Origin: Candidatus Poribacteria bacterium
Lineage (GTDB): Bacteria; Poribacteria; WGA-4E; WGA-3G
Reading direction: 5' to 3'
Length of the DNA: 64,000 nt
Assembly (NCBI GenBank): GCA_965205015.1
Contig: OZ242029.1
Span: forward strand, 2,240,001 to 2,304,000
The number at the start of each line of letters is the position of its first letter. Within the stretch, counting starts at the first letter, position 1. A model generated the notes under the pieces. It was not told the DNA's origin. It saw nothing but the letters and a program-made list of their open reading frames with translations, and did no database searches. Both the position numbers and the translations under genes were made by a program. Below, one piece after another: positions 49,192-59,161 of this stretch.

Positions 49192-50484
49192 ATGCAAGAC
49201 TTAAACGCCTTAGCAACTGAACTAAATGAGCAGCTTCGCGCCGCATCACCAGCGGTCTTTGCACTCCTCTCCGAATTAGGAAAACGTATCTACCTACCAA
49301 GAGGCATCTTAAGCCAAACGGCAGAGGCGGGTGCGAAAGCACATCGTTTCAACGCCACACGGGCGATCGCTTCGGAAGATGGTGACATGATGCATCTCGC
49401 GGTCTCGCGAGAACTCGTGCCAACACTCCCGTTGGAAGGCATCTACGGGTATGCCCCCGTGCTCGGTCAACCCGAATTACGGGAGGCGTGGAAAACGCAT
49501 CTTTTGAAAGAGAATCCTTCGCTTGCCGAGGCAACACTGAGTCTACCAATTGTGACGAGTGGCATGACGCACGGGTTTAGTCTACTCGCCGAACTTTTCG
49601 TTGACAGTGGGGACGCACTCATCCTCCCCGACAAGATTTGGGGGAACTATCGACTCATCTTCCAAACCAAAGCAGGGGCGCGCCTTCAAACCTATCCGTT
49701 CTTCAACGCTGCAGGCGGTTTTAGCACACAAGGTTTTCGTGAAATACTTACCAACACGACCGACGAGAAATTGCTGATTCTCCTGAATTTCCCACACAAC
49801 CCCACAGGCTACGCGATTAACCGCACGGAAGCGCAGCGTATTGTGGACGCAATTGTAGCGCGTGCCGACGCTGGAAGCCGTATTCTTGTTATGATTGACG
49901 ATGCCTACGCCGGGTTGTGGTATGACGCATCCGTCATGCACAAATCGCTGTTTGGGTTGTTGGTCGGATGTCATCCGAATGTCCTGCCCGTGAAGGTAGA
50001 TGGTGCAACGAAGGAGGAATATGCGTGGGGACTACGCGTGGCATTTATCAGTTTTGGGCTCGGAGAGATAGCGATGCAACCGCTTGAACAGAAATTCAGT
50101 GGCCTGATTCGAGCGAATACCTCCGGTGCATCACAAGTCTCTCAAACGCTTATCCTCGAAGCGATGAAGGCACCCGATTATGCTGAGCAAAAACAGCGAA
50201 ACTATGAGATTCTCAAGGCGCGCGCGTTAAAAGTGAAAGCGGTAGCATCTGATGCGCGGTATGCGAAACTTTGGGAGGTCTATCCGAGCCATGCCGGCTA
50301 TTTCACGTGTCTGAACCTCAAATCCGGGAACGCTGAGAAAGTTCGGCAACGACTTCTTGAGGCGCACGGTATCGGCACGATTTCACTCGGTGAAACCGAA
50401 CTGCGGGTGGCTTATTCGTGCCTTGAGGAATCGGATATTGAGACTGTCTTCAGGACAATCGCAGAGGTTGTTGAGGACGCATAG
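49192..50484 (+). CDS. Class I/II PLP-dependent aminotransferase
   Basis: NFPHNPTGY, DDAY, DGATKE..WGLR. Confidence 0.9.
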   Translation: MQDLNALATELNEQLRAASPAVFALLSELGKRIYLPRGILSQTAEAGAKAHRFNATRAIASEDGDMMHLAVSRELVPTLPLEGIYGYAPVLGQPELREAWKTHLLKENPSLAEATLSLPIVTSGMTHGFSLLAELFVDSGDALILPDKIWGNYRLIFQTKAGARLQTYPFFNAAGGFSTQGFREILTNTTDEKLLILLNFPHNPTGYAINRTEAQRIVDAIVARADAGSRILVMIDDAYAGLWYDASVMHKSLFGLLVGCHPNVLPVKVDGATKEEYAWGLRVAFISFGLGEIAMQPLEQKFSGLIRANTSGASQVSQTLILEAMKAPDYAEQKQRNYEILKARALKVKAVASDARYAKLWEVYPSHAGYFTCLNLKSGNAEKVRQRLLEAHGIGTISLGETELRVAYSCLEESDIETVFRTIAEVVEDA

Positions 50485-50608
50485 CCCGTCGGTTGGATTG
50501 AATGTGGTGAACGCCACACGCGGATATACTATGGTGAATCGTCAAAATATGTAGGCATCTTGTAGGGGCACCCCTTGTGGGTGCCCCAAATTCTATAAAA
50601 AATTAAAT

Positions 50609-51244
50609 CTATCGCCGCTCATTTTTCAAAGCACCCCACGCCGTAGCGAGTTTGCCTTCGGGTTCAACGGAGAGCGTCCCGATGGTGTATCGGAAATAGA
50701 TGTCGTCTTCAGCATCGTTAGGTCCACACCATACCCAATTCGCTTCACACTCGGGGTCTTTGAGAATTTGTTCCATGATTGCGGCACCAAACCCCCATAT
50801 ACCACCCCCGAACTTTTCATAGATTTCGAGTTCATCTTCCCAATCGCTATCGTCGAAATCGACCTCTTCCCAGCCGTCTTTCCGATCGGCAAGGACTTTA
50901 CCGGTATCACATCGCCACCCGTCTTCGCCTGTGCCGATGTAGTCGGGTTTATCGTTGAGGATAATATCGGCGAGAAACCCGCCTCTACCGGCGGCACCGG
51001 GTTCAGCATCGTGGACATAGACAGCGATCTGTGCGAAGCCTTTGTCCAGTTCGAACTCACTGACCGTGGGAGCTTGCCAGTTCCCGCTCGCAGCGACCTC
51101 TTCACCGTTAACGAACGCAACCCAAGTGTTATCACCACTGACCCGCAAGGTGCCTTTTGTTGGCGCGGCATCCACTGTTTGCATCAGAAGCATACCGCTC
51201 AGGAAGAGCATGAGTGTGAAAGAAAACATTAATCGGTTTGTCAT
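50609..51244 (-). CDS. Secreted lectin-like/beta-sandwich protein with C-terminal KLxxxW tail
   Basis: GDN...FVNG, GW..VDFDDSDW, ANWVW, YFRY; ends LSVEPEGKLATAWGALK. Confidence 0.8.
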   Translation of the reverse strand: MTNRLMFSFTLMLFLSGMLLMQTVDAAPTKGTLRVSGDNTWVAFVNGEEVAASGNWQAPTVSEFELDKGFAQIAVYVHDAEPGAAGRGGFLADIILNDKPDYIGTGEDGWRCDTGKVLADRKDGWEEVDFDDSDWEDELEIYEKFGGGIWGFGAAIMEQILKDPECEANWVWCGPNDAEDDIYFRYTIGTLSVEPEGKLATAWGALKNERR

Positions 51245-51321
51245 AAAAACCTCCATAAAAGCACGGTCGGAAACCGTACCAATTGTTTGTTGTGGCACAC
51301 AGCATGTGCCGATTCTTTTGT

Positions 51322-52227
51322 CTATGTATTTGATTCAAGTGCTAACCGTCCAGCGAGATCCGCCACAAATTGAGAGGCGATGCGCCCTGAACGTCCACTT
51401 GAGGATGCCTCCCATTCCAACGCAGCTCGGTGCAACGCTTCCGTTGGAACGGATAGCCCGTGTTTCTGTGCATAATGGGAGACAATCTGCAAATAGGTGT
51501 CCTGTGAAATCCGTTGGAAAGCGAGGCGCACCCCAAAACGGTCGCTTAAGGAAACCTTTTCCTCTGTCGCCTCACGCGGATACAACTCATCTTCGTCGTT
51601 CTGTGGGTATCGGTTCTCTTGGACCTGTCGCGGCATCAAGTGTCGGCGGTTTGAGGTGGCATAGATAAGGACGTTGTCCGGGCACGCCGAGATGCCACCC
51701 TCTAACATCGCTTTCAACTCACGATATTCAGGTTCATCTTCGTTGAAGGCGAGATCGTCGCAAAAAAGGATATACCGTTCAGGACGCTCCCAGAGCACCT
51801 CGGCAATCTCTTGGAGATGGACAAGTCCCTCTTTGCTGATACCGATTAACCGCAGTCCATCATCAGCGTAGCGTTTCAGCATCCCCTTGACAAGCGAAGA
51901 TTTACCCGTGCCGCGGTCCCCCCATAACAGGACGTGATTCGCAGGCAGCCCCTGTAGAAACTGACGTGTGTTCCTATCAAGTCTCCTCTCCTGCCGCTCT
52001 ATTCCGATCAGATCCGATAGCCCCACGAGATTCGGATATTTAACGGGAATTAAATGCCCCGATCCGTTCTGGGATCGCCACCGAAAAGCGATATGGTTAT
52101 CAAGTTGGGCATCAAGCACCGCACTCGACGATTGAACTGGGAGTCCACCCAAGCGGGTCAATACGTTATCTGCCTTCTCCAGCAGTTGGATAAAAAGTTC
52201 TTCCTGATTTCGCGTTTTTTCAGACAT
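51322..52227 (-). CDS. DUF815 family AAA+ ATP-binding protein
   Basis: GDRGTGKSS, FCDDL.F, ATSNRRHL, SLSDRFG, RSGR.A.QF. Confidence 0.92.
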   Translation of the reverse strand: MSEKTRNQEELFIQLLEKADNVLTRLGGLPVQSSSAVLDAQLDNHIAFRWRSQNGSGHLIPVKYPNLVGLSDLIGIERQERRLDRNTRQFLQGLPANHVLLWGDRGTGKSSLVKGMLKRYADDGLRLIGISKEGLVHLQEIAEVLWERPERYILFCDDLAFNEDEPEYRELKAMLEGGISACPDNVLIYATSNRRHLMPRQVQENRYPQNDEDELYPREATEEKVSLSDRFGVRLAFQRISQDTYLQIVSHYAQKHGLSVPTEALHRAALEWEASSSGRSGRIASQFVADLAGRLALESNT

Positions 52228-52383
52228 TATTTTTGGTTATCGGTTATCAGTTGTCGGTTAAAGAGAGTTCCTGTAACAATCCTCTCGTTCTTGGAATATT
52301 CCAACAGTGGATGGATTGTTACAAACCCATCTCTTAACTGATAACTGACGACTGACACCTATTTAAGATGTGTGCTTACTATT

Positions 52384-53178
52384 TTACGGGTTCTTTAACT
52401 GTCCCCACGTTAGCGTCAATTTGCCCGCTGCATCAACAGCGAGCGGACCGCCGAAAGTCAGCGTTCCAAGATTCCCCGAATCGTCAGGATTCAGACCGTG
52501 CCAATCCATGAACACAAGACCTGCCTTCTTCTCCGGATTGTCCGTCCCTTCCTCGTATCCGGGTGTGAAACCGATTTCCGTTCCTTCCTCGATTTTGACA
52601 TCGGTGAGCCATTCAAATCGCATCGCGACCTCATAAATCATGCCACCTTTGCCGAGTTCCGGGGTCGGAACCGCCGCAATATCGGATTTGGGGAGATTCG
52701 GATTTTTGCCACCACTGAAGTCAGATACGAGGGCTTTTTTCTTAATAAACGCAAAATTGGGTTTGCTTGAAGGCTGCCCGGCTCCGACCTGCTCCCAATC
52801 AATATACAAAAAGATCGTATCACCCGTCCAAGGTTGTGCCGCATTCGCCGCCGGTGCGAAAATATCATCGCGCACCGCCGCTGCGAAATAGAAGGTCTCC
52901 GCGTCATACATCGTCGACCAGGTCATCGTCAGATCATCTTTCCCTTTCCATGCCCCTTGTCCACGAAGCAGCTCATCCTCCGAGTCAAACGCGACCCAGA
53001 CGGCGTACTTCCAGTCATCAAGTTTTCCATCAATCTTGGGGGTGTTCGGGATAAAACCAGCGATGGATTCCCCATATTCCAACCCAAACGCGTCGCTGTT
53101 GTCCTCTGGTAAGAACGCCCCACTCGCTGAAAAAACAAGTAGAGACCCGAAGAGAATCGATAAAATTGCCGTTTTCAT
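52384..53178 (-). CDS. Secreted CBM9-like sugar-binding protein with C-terminal KLxxxW tail
   Basis: PKIDGKLDDW, YD...YFA..V.DD, W.GD; ends LAVDAAGKLTLTWGQLK. Confidence 0.82.
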   Translation of the reverse strand: MKTAILSILFGSLLVFSASGAFLPEDNSDAFGLEYGESIAGFIPNTPKIDGKLDDWKYAVWVAFDSEDELLRGQGAWKGKDDLTMTWSTMYDAETFYFAAAVRDDIFAPAANAAQPWTGDTIFLYIDWEQVGAGQPSSKPNFAFIKKKALVSDFSGGKNPNLPKSDIAAVPTPELGKGGMIYEVAMRFEWLTDVKIEEGTEIGFTPGYEEGTDNPEKKAGLVFMDWHGLNPDDSGNLGTLTFGGPLAVDAAGKLTLTWGQLKNP

Positions 53179-53223
53179 CGCTTACGTTGCCTCCTCTGCT
53201 ACTGCTTGGTTGTTTCCTCTACA

Positions 53224-53883
53224 CTATTGTAATCTCCTCACAGGTTCTAAACTCAGTAACCCAGACACATCTTCAAGAATCGCATAAGTATTGTAACTTT
53301 CAAAAGCCGTTCGTGGCGTGACACCCGAAAGCACAGCGACAAACGCAATGCCAGCACGTCGCGCGGTTTCAGCATCCGTCACGCTATCTCCGACGTAGAG
53401 GCAATTTGGGGTGACGCTCCCCGTCTGGGCAACCGCCAGTCGTAACCCTTCAGGATCCGGTTTATACGCTGCGTCCCCACCCCCAACGATGACTTCAAAT
53501 GCCTCCAATAGCTTCTTTTTCTCAAGAATCGGTTGAATATAGCGACGAGTTTTCTGAGAAACGATGGCGAGTTGAATGTCAAGTTCTCGTAACGCCTTCA
53601 CCGTCTGTGGCACCTCTGCGTAAAACTCCGCCAACGCAACCATCGTCTCATCCGCGCGTTGGAGAAACAGATGGGTAAATTCATCAATACGCTTGGCGTA
53701 TGCGTCTCCTGCTAACGCCGTCAGTATATCCGGTAGCGACAGGCCGATTGTCCGACGCACCGCGGCATCGGAAGCGGTCGGCAAACCCATTTTTTCAAAC
53801 GCATAATTGACACCGTCAATTGTGCCTCGCGCCGAGTCTACCAATGTATAGTCAAAATCGAAGATAATAGTTTGGATTGGCAT
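53224..53883 (-). CDS. HAD-superfamily hydrolase (phosphoglycolate phosphatase-like)
   Basis: FDFDYTLVDS, KPDP, YVGDS..D. Confidence 0.9.
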   Translation of the reverse strand: MPIQTIIFDFDYTLVDSARGTIDGVNYAFEKMGLPTASDAAVRRTIGLSLPDILTALAGDAYAKRIDEFTHLFLQRADETMVALAEFYAEVPQTVKALRELDIQLAIVSQKTRRYIQPILEKKKLLEAFEVIVGGGDAAYKPDPEGLRLAVAQTGSVTPNCLYVGDSVTDAETARRAGIAFVAVLSGVTPRTAFESYNTYAILEDVSGLLSLEPVRRLQ

Positions 53884-53999
53884 CTTCAATTGCCTCAAAA
53901 TTCAGGTTCGGATATTCTGATCGTCATCAATACGAATGTTCACCAGTAACTGTGTAGCGATAAAAAATCAAGACGCAAGCGAATAGTTCCGCTATAGGC

Positions 54000-55640
54000 T
54001 TATAGTTGCTTAGAGACTTGCTCTGCCAATCGAATCAGGGCAGGCGACATGTCCGATTTCCCAAGTGCTGCCTCAATTAGGACAAAATGTTGCGTTTCAG
54101 CAAGTGCAGCGTTCATAGCGGTGTCAAATTCGCCTTCGGTACGGACAGCAAACGCGCGCCCTGTGCCGAAAAGTTCTGGTACCCGAGTATAGTCCCAATT
54201 CTCTATATCGTTAAAGGGCCCTTCAATGAACGGGCGGACGGTGCCATATCCCTGGTTGTTTAAGATCAGAACGATGGGATTGAGCCCATAGCGGATAGTC
54301 GTTGACAACTCGGTGCCAGTCATTTGGAATGCCCCATCCCCTACAACAACAAGTGGACGGGACGTGGGTTTACCCAGTTGTGCTCCAATTGCGGCAGGGA
54401 TTGCAAATCCCATTGAGGTATAGTAGGCGAGGCTAATAAACTCGGTGCGTTCAGGGAGCCGCAAGTCCGCAGCAGCCCAGAGGCTATCACCAACATCCGG
54501 GATAATCGTCATGTTCTCGCGTAGAAGTAGATTCAGTTGTTGGAACAGGCGGTGCATTGTAAGCGGCTGGTCAGGTGCTATCTTAAAAGGTTCTGGTACT
54601 TCCATGACCCATTCCAAGTCTATGTCCCCGCGTTCCTGGAGTTTTGGAGAACGTAATCCGTCGATAAAATCTCCAAATGTGATATCTTCATAAGTGGAGT
54701 AGCCGACGGCAATTCTATCCGAGGTTGCGTATAAACAGCGACTTCGCTCAAGTTTTGCTGTGTAAATGCCAAGATTGACATCCGTCATGAAGGCCCCAAG
54801 AATAATAACGCAATCGGAAGTTTCAACAAGCATAGAGACTTCATCTCTACTCATCCCGCCGCCATAGATACCCAAGTAAAGCGGATGTGCTTCTGGCATT
54901 ACTGACTTGCCCAACAGTGTTGTCACCACGGGGATCTGTTTTTCTTCGGTAAGCCGCAATAATTTGTTTTGGTAGCCGAATCTGTGGAGGTCCGCCCCCG
55001 CTAAAATGATGGGATTCTCACTCTGATTTATGAACCCAATTGCATTCGCTAATGCGGCATTCAACGTTTCTGGGTCACTGTGGTGCCCGCCCGTTGAGGA
55101 ACGTTGATAGACCTGCCCCTGTATATTGACCATATCCCGTGGCAGTTCAATGTAACCTGGACGTTTCTGCCGATAGACTGCATCCAACACTCTGTCTATC
55201 TCGTTAAAGGCGGTAAAAGGTTCGTCGAGGAGTGCTGATGCAACGGTGATCTCGTCATAGATACGTTGTTGTGTATAAAAATCTCTACCTTTATGGTGTA
55301 AGAGTGCCCCCTCACGGCGCTCTTTTATTCCTGGGCTCCCGCTAATCACAACGAGGGGTGACTTTTCAGCGTATGCAGCGGTGACAGCGTTAATCATGGA
55401 TAATCCACCAACACCGTACGTCACACAGGCAGCCCCCATACCCTTTATGCGAGCATATGCATCTGCTGCAAATCCTGCCGTATCTTCTCGTGTCGTGCCG
55501 ATGTGTTGAATCGGACCCTTCTCAATCAGATCGAAGAACTGCACTACATAATCACCCGGGATGCCGAAGATGTGGTCAACCCCGTAATCTCGCAGTTTTT
55601 TCAAAAGGTACTCACCGATAGTAGATTGCCCGTTTTGCAT
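54000..55640 (-). CDS. ThDP-dependent alpha-keto acid (indolepyruvate/pyruvate) decarboxylase
   Basis: FGIPGDY, AADAYAR, YAEK.P, LHH, GDGAFQMTG...NNQGY. Confidence 0.92.
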   Translation of the reverse strand: MQNGQSTIGEYLLKKLRDYGVDHIFGIPGDYVVQFFDLIEKGPIQHIGTTREDTAGFAADAYARIKGMGAACVTYGVGGLSMINAVTAAYAEKSPLVVISGSPGIKERREGALLHHKGRDFYTQQRIYDEITVASALLDEPFTAFNEIDRVLDAVYRQKRPGYIELPRDMVNIQGQVYQRSSTGGHHSDPETLNAALANAIGFINQSENPIILAGADLHRFGYQNKLLRLTEEKQIPVVTTLLGKSVMPEAHPLYLGIYGGGMSRDEVSMLVETSDCVIILGAFMTDVNLGIYTAKLERSRCLYATSDRIAVGYSTYEDITFGDFIDGLRSPKLQERGDIDLEWVMEVPEPFKIAPDQPLTMHRLFQQLNLLLRENMTIIPDVGDSLWAAADLRLPERTEFISLAYYTSMGFAIPAAIGAQLGKPTSRPLVVVGDGAFQMTGTELSTTIRYGLNPIVLILNNQGYGTVRPFIEGPFNDIENWDYTRVPELFGTGRAFAVRTEGEFDTAMNAALAETQHFVLIEAALGKSDMSPALIRLAEQVSKQL

Positions 55641-55748
55641 TAAATATTCTTCTCCAGAGCAGCGCGGCATGTTCATCCCAAAGTCCCAGCACTGCGATAT
55701 ATGAAGATGTGAGTGCTTTGTAAGTTCAGATACACCATTAATTAATTT

Positions 55749-56801
55749 TCAAAACTTAAGTTCGGATAGCCCGACCTCCATTGCCGTTTCTTGGATCTGT
55801 CGCCAGGTCTCGTCATCAATAGGGATGCCTTCGCGCTGACGGCGTTCTGTTTGGCGCGCCTCGATTTCTCCCGGTGTCAGAATTTCATCGAATCCCGGTG
55901 CGTTAGGTGAGGCTTTCACGTGGGCGATGAGTCCGTCAACATGCTCATAAAAGTCATCAAGCGGCGTAAAGTTAGCAATATCCAAGGCAATCATCAAGAC
56001 CCCGTTCTGGAGACGGGTGTTCCCAGATCCACTGCAACCGGCACCCGACAACGCACCCCCCAAAATGTCAATCATCAGACCGAGCGCGTATCCCTTGTGC
56101 CCAGCAATACCACCGAGCGGCAACAGCGCGCCCTGCGGAGATTCCATCAAGTCCCGCGGATCTTGGGTCGGTTCCCCTTCACTGTTAATCAGCCAGCCGA
56201 GGGGGACAGACTCCCCACGATTAAACGCCACGCGAATCTTGCCTTGTGCCACGACGCTACTTGTGATGTCAAGCAGAATCGGATGTCCGTTGCGGGTCGG
56301 GGTCGCAATCGCGAGCGGATTCGTTGCCAGCCGTCCATCGCTTCCACCGAACGGAGCGACGTAGAGCGCAGTTCCACCGGCGTTCACCATCGTGATGCCT
56401 ACCATACCGGCTTCAGCTGCCATCAGTGGATAACTCCCGATACGTCCGATGTGATTACAGTTGTAGACGCTGATTGCACTGATTGTGCTTGACTTCGCCT
56501 TCTCAATCGCGAGGGACATCGCTTTCTGTGCGATGACGTGTCCAAAGCCCCAATTGCCGTTAAGGAGCGCGTGCGAAGTCGACTCGCGTTCAATGTGCAT
56601 CGGTGCTCCCGGCTGAATCAGCCCGGAGTCGATGAGTCCAATATACTGCGGAATTCGGATAACCCCGTGGGAATCATGCCCTGCGAGATTTGAAGCGACG
56701 AGCAGTTCTCCGATAATCTCTGCTTCATCGCTGGGGACACCCCCGGCTTCAAAAATGTCAGTCGTGATTTTCTGTAACTGGTTCTGCGTGAAATTTGGCA
56801 C
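55749..56801 (-). CDS. Ldh_2 family (malate/L-lactate/sulfolactate) oxidoreductase
   Basis: GHDSHG, NHIGR, TNP.A, GHKGYAL, PGE.E. Confidence 0.92.
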   Translation of the reverse strand: MPNFTQNQLQKITTDIFEAGGVPSDEAEIIGELLVASNLAGHDSHGVIRIPQYIGLIDSGLIQPGAPMHIERESTSHALLNGNWGFGHVIAQKAMSLAIEKAKSSTISAISVYNCNHIGRIGSYPLMAAEAGMVGITMVNAGGTALYVAPFGGSDGRLATNPLAIATPTRNGHPILLDITSSVVAQGKIRVAFNRGESVPLGWLINSEGEPTQDPRDLMESPQGALLPLGGIAGHKGYALGLMIDILGGALSGAGCSGSGNTRLQNGVLMIALDIANFTPLDDFYEHVDGLIAHVKASPNAPGFDEILTPGEIEARQTERRQREGIPIDDETWRQIQETAMEVGLSELKF

Positions 56802-56821
56802 GCGCCTACCTCTGCTTTCAA

Positions 56822-57607
56822 TTATGCTGCTTCAAACAGTGATGGGAAATGACGATGCGGGTCTGCAGGCTCACGGAAGAGAATCTTTTGGCGTTCCGTT
56901 AGCTCTATGTCCTCCGGTATCGCCACGCGGCGCGAGGTCCACGCGATATGTGAAACGCAATACTTATACAGAAGGGATCTGCGTTGATGTTTGCCGTTCC
57001 ATGCCGCTGTGCCGTGCGTCAGTGCCTCCGTAAACAGAATTGCTGAGCCGGCAGGTGCCTCTGGAATGATGACACTGGGTGACTGTTCGGGTGCCTCAGC
57101 TATCTGTTGTGGGAGTTTGAAATTGCCTTTATGGCTCCCCGGAATGCAGCAGAATCCACCGTAATCCGGTCCGGTATCTGCGAGGTTCCACGTCACAACG
57201 ACGAACCCGTTGTGGATTTCGTTATCTCGGAAAGAGTAGTATTCTCCGGGTGTCGCTCTTGCCGTGGGAGAGGTAGCGCCGTAGTCAGCATGTAGGTGTC
57301 CACGCGGCATTCCTTCCCGCATATACATCCCGTAAATCCGGTCGAGTCGAAAACAATCCCCCAGGCGAAATTGAAGTATCGGCATAATCTTGGGATGGTC
57401 AAGTAAATCACAGAACGGTTTTCCCCACTGCAGAAACCCGGGACCCTCTGGGGCACTTCCAAACCTTTGAACCTTTCCCGGTGTGGGAAGTTGTTGTTCG
57501 TCAACACATTGATTGAGTGCCGCAACCTCTTCCGGACTCAAGACATTCTCAACGACGAGGTAACCTTGCACGTCAAAGAGGTACTGTTGTAACTGTAAAT
57601 CACTCAT
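56822..57607 (-). CDS. Phytanoyl-CoA dioxygenase (PhyH) family protein
   Basis: FDVQGYLV, LHAD, PGSHK, F.EAL.HG, RR. Confidence 0.88.
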   Translation of the reverse strand: MSDLQLQQYLFDVQGYLVVENVLSPEEVAALNQCVDEQQLPTPGKVQRFGSAPEGPGFLQWGKPFCDLLDHPKIMPILQFRLGDCFRLDRIYGMYMREGMPRGHLHADYGATSPTARATPGEYYSFRDNEIHNGFVVVTWNLADTGPDYGGFCCIPGSHKGNFKLPQQIAEAPEQSPSVIIPEAPAGSAILFTEALTHGTAAWNGKHQRRSLLYKYCVSHIAWTSRRVAIPEDIELTERQKILFREPADPHRHFPSLFEAA

Positions 57608-57833
57608 AAGCTTACTCTCCTACTGTTCTATAGGCTTCACGCTTAACGGTGGCATTGTTTTGATAAGAGTTGATAATCAATTTATCACATCCAACCCGAC
57701 TGTGTCAAACAAATTTCAATTTTGTGGTGTGTGGATGCCCTATAGGGTGCAACGCGAATATCGGCTTGCCCGTTTTGGTGCAAGTTATCCATTTTGAGAC
57801 TGGATATAGCGATATATTTACGGTTCCGGTCGT

Positions 57834-57849
57834 TGGCATATAAATTGCT
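57834..57849 (+). promoter_or_regulatory. Putative sigma54 (-24/-12) promoter
   Basis: TGGCATA-TAAA-TTGCT with exact GG-N10-GC spacing, about 50 nt before the ATG at 57898. Confidence 0.6.
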
Positions 57850-57897
57850 CAATTTTTATAACAAGAGTCTATTGTTTGAAAAGGAGGGATCCTACTG

Positions 57898-59067
57898 ATG
57901 AAGCAGAGAATCTTTTTTAGGTCTATGTTGTTATTGATTTTTATACTATCCTTGCCAAGCAGCTTCGCCCAGGAGTCTTCTCAATGGTGCTTGCCGGATG
58001 GGGCCATAGCGCGACTCGGTAAAGGCAACATATCGGTTAGGGTTGTTACGTTTTCACCGGATGGAAAAACCCTCGCAAGCGGTAGTTCTCCCCATATAAT
58101 ACAATTGTGGGATATGGATACCCAACAATGCCATACTACGCTTGAAGCCGATGCGTTTTGGGTCTGGGGACTTATATTCTCGCCAGATGGGCAGCTGCTT
58201 GTGAGTGGTAGTTCAGAAGAGGTGCTGATATGGAGTGCGCACACTGAAGAACTCCACGCAAGGTATCAAAGATGGTATGGTGCTATTGCATTTTCGTCAG
58301 ATGGTAGAACATTAGCGAGCGGAATATTTGATGGGACAATCAAGTTATGGGATACGCGCACGATCCAAAACTGGGAGTCCGCTCAGAGCCACACTGTTCT
58401 TGATGAATATCGCAGCAGCTTTGATAGTTTAATGTTTTCGCCGGATGGTTCGACACTTGCCAGTGCGGGTATAGAAGGCTCTATTTTGTTGTGGAACGTC
58501 TATACCGCTCAATTAGAAACGACACTCATTGGACATAGTGGACCGGTTAATACCTTAGCATTTTCTCCAGATGGTAAGACACTCGCCAGTGGCGGTTCAG
58601 ATAAAACAATTCGATTATGGGACGTAGAAACTCAGGTGGTTAAGAAAATTCTTAGTGGTCATACAGATGGTGTAAGCTCCGTTGCGTTTTCCTCGGATAG
58701 AAAAACGCTTGCCAGCGGCAGTCGAGACGGGACTGTTCGGTTGTGGGATGTACACACAGATCAAGATTGCACCATTCTTAGAGGGCATGAGTATGAGGTT
58801 AATTCCGTTGCGTTTTCTCCAGATGGCAGGATACTCGCCAGTGGCGGTGGAGAGGGGACGATTCTTTTGTGGAAAACTCGATCTGAAGAGCCAGAAGATG
58901 TCAACAATGATGGAAGTGTAAATATTGACGATCTAACGTTTGTTGCTGATCATTTCGGTCAGGTCGGAGAAGGAAATGCAGCGGATGTTAATGGTGATGG
59001 AGTCGTCAATGTCCTTGATCTTGTTGCTGTAGCGGATGCGATAAAGGGAAACCTCTTGTTGAAATAG
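57898..59067 (+). CDS. Secreted WD40-repeat protein with C-terminal dockerin-like domain
   Basis: About 7 FSPDG.LASG...LWD repeats; DVNNDGSVNIDDL / DVNGDGVVNVLDL. Confidence 0.92.
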   Translation: MKQRIFFRSMLLLIFILSLPSSFAQESSQWCLPDGAIARLGKGNISVRVVTFSPDGKTLASGSSPHIIQLWDMDTQQCHTTLEADAFWVWGLIFSPDGQLLVSGSSEEVLIWSAHTEELHARYQRWYGAIAFSSDGRTLASGIFDGTIKLWDTRTIQNWESAQSHTVLDEYRSSFDSLMFSPDGSTLASAGIEGSILLWNVYTAQLETTLIGHSGPVNTLAFSPDGKTLASGGSDKTIRLWDVETQVVKKILSGHTDGVSSVAFSSDRKTLASGSRDGTVRLWDVHTDQDCTILRGHEYEVNSVAFSPDGRILASGGGEGTILLWKTRSEEPEDVNNDGSVNIDDLTFVADHFGQVGEGNAADVNGDGVVNVLDLVAVADAIKGNLLLK

Positions 59068-59161
59068 GGATGGATTTTGGTGTTGACGTAAACCAGAATC
59101 CATTGTAAACTTTGTATTATCGTATATGCTAACACTGCAGAGATACCGAAGGAGGCAGCCT

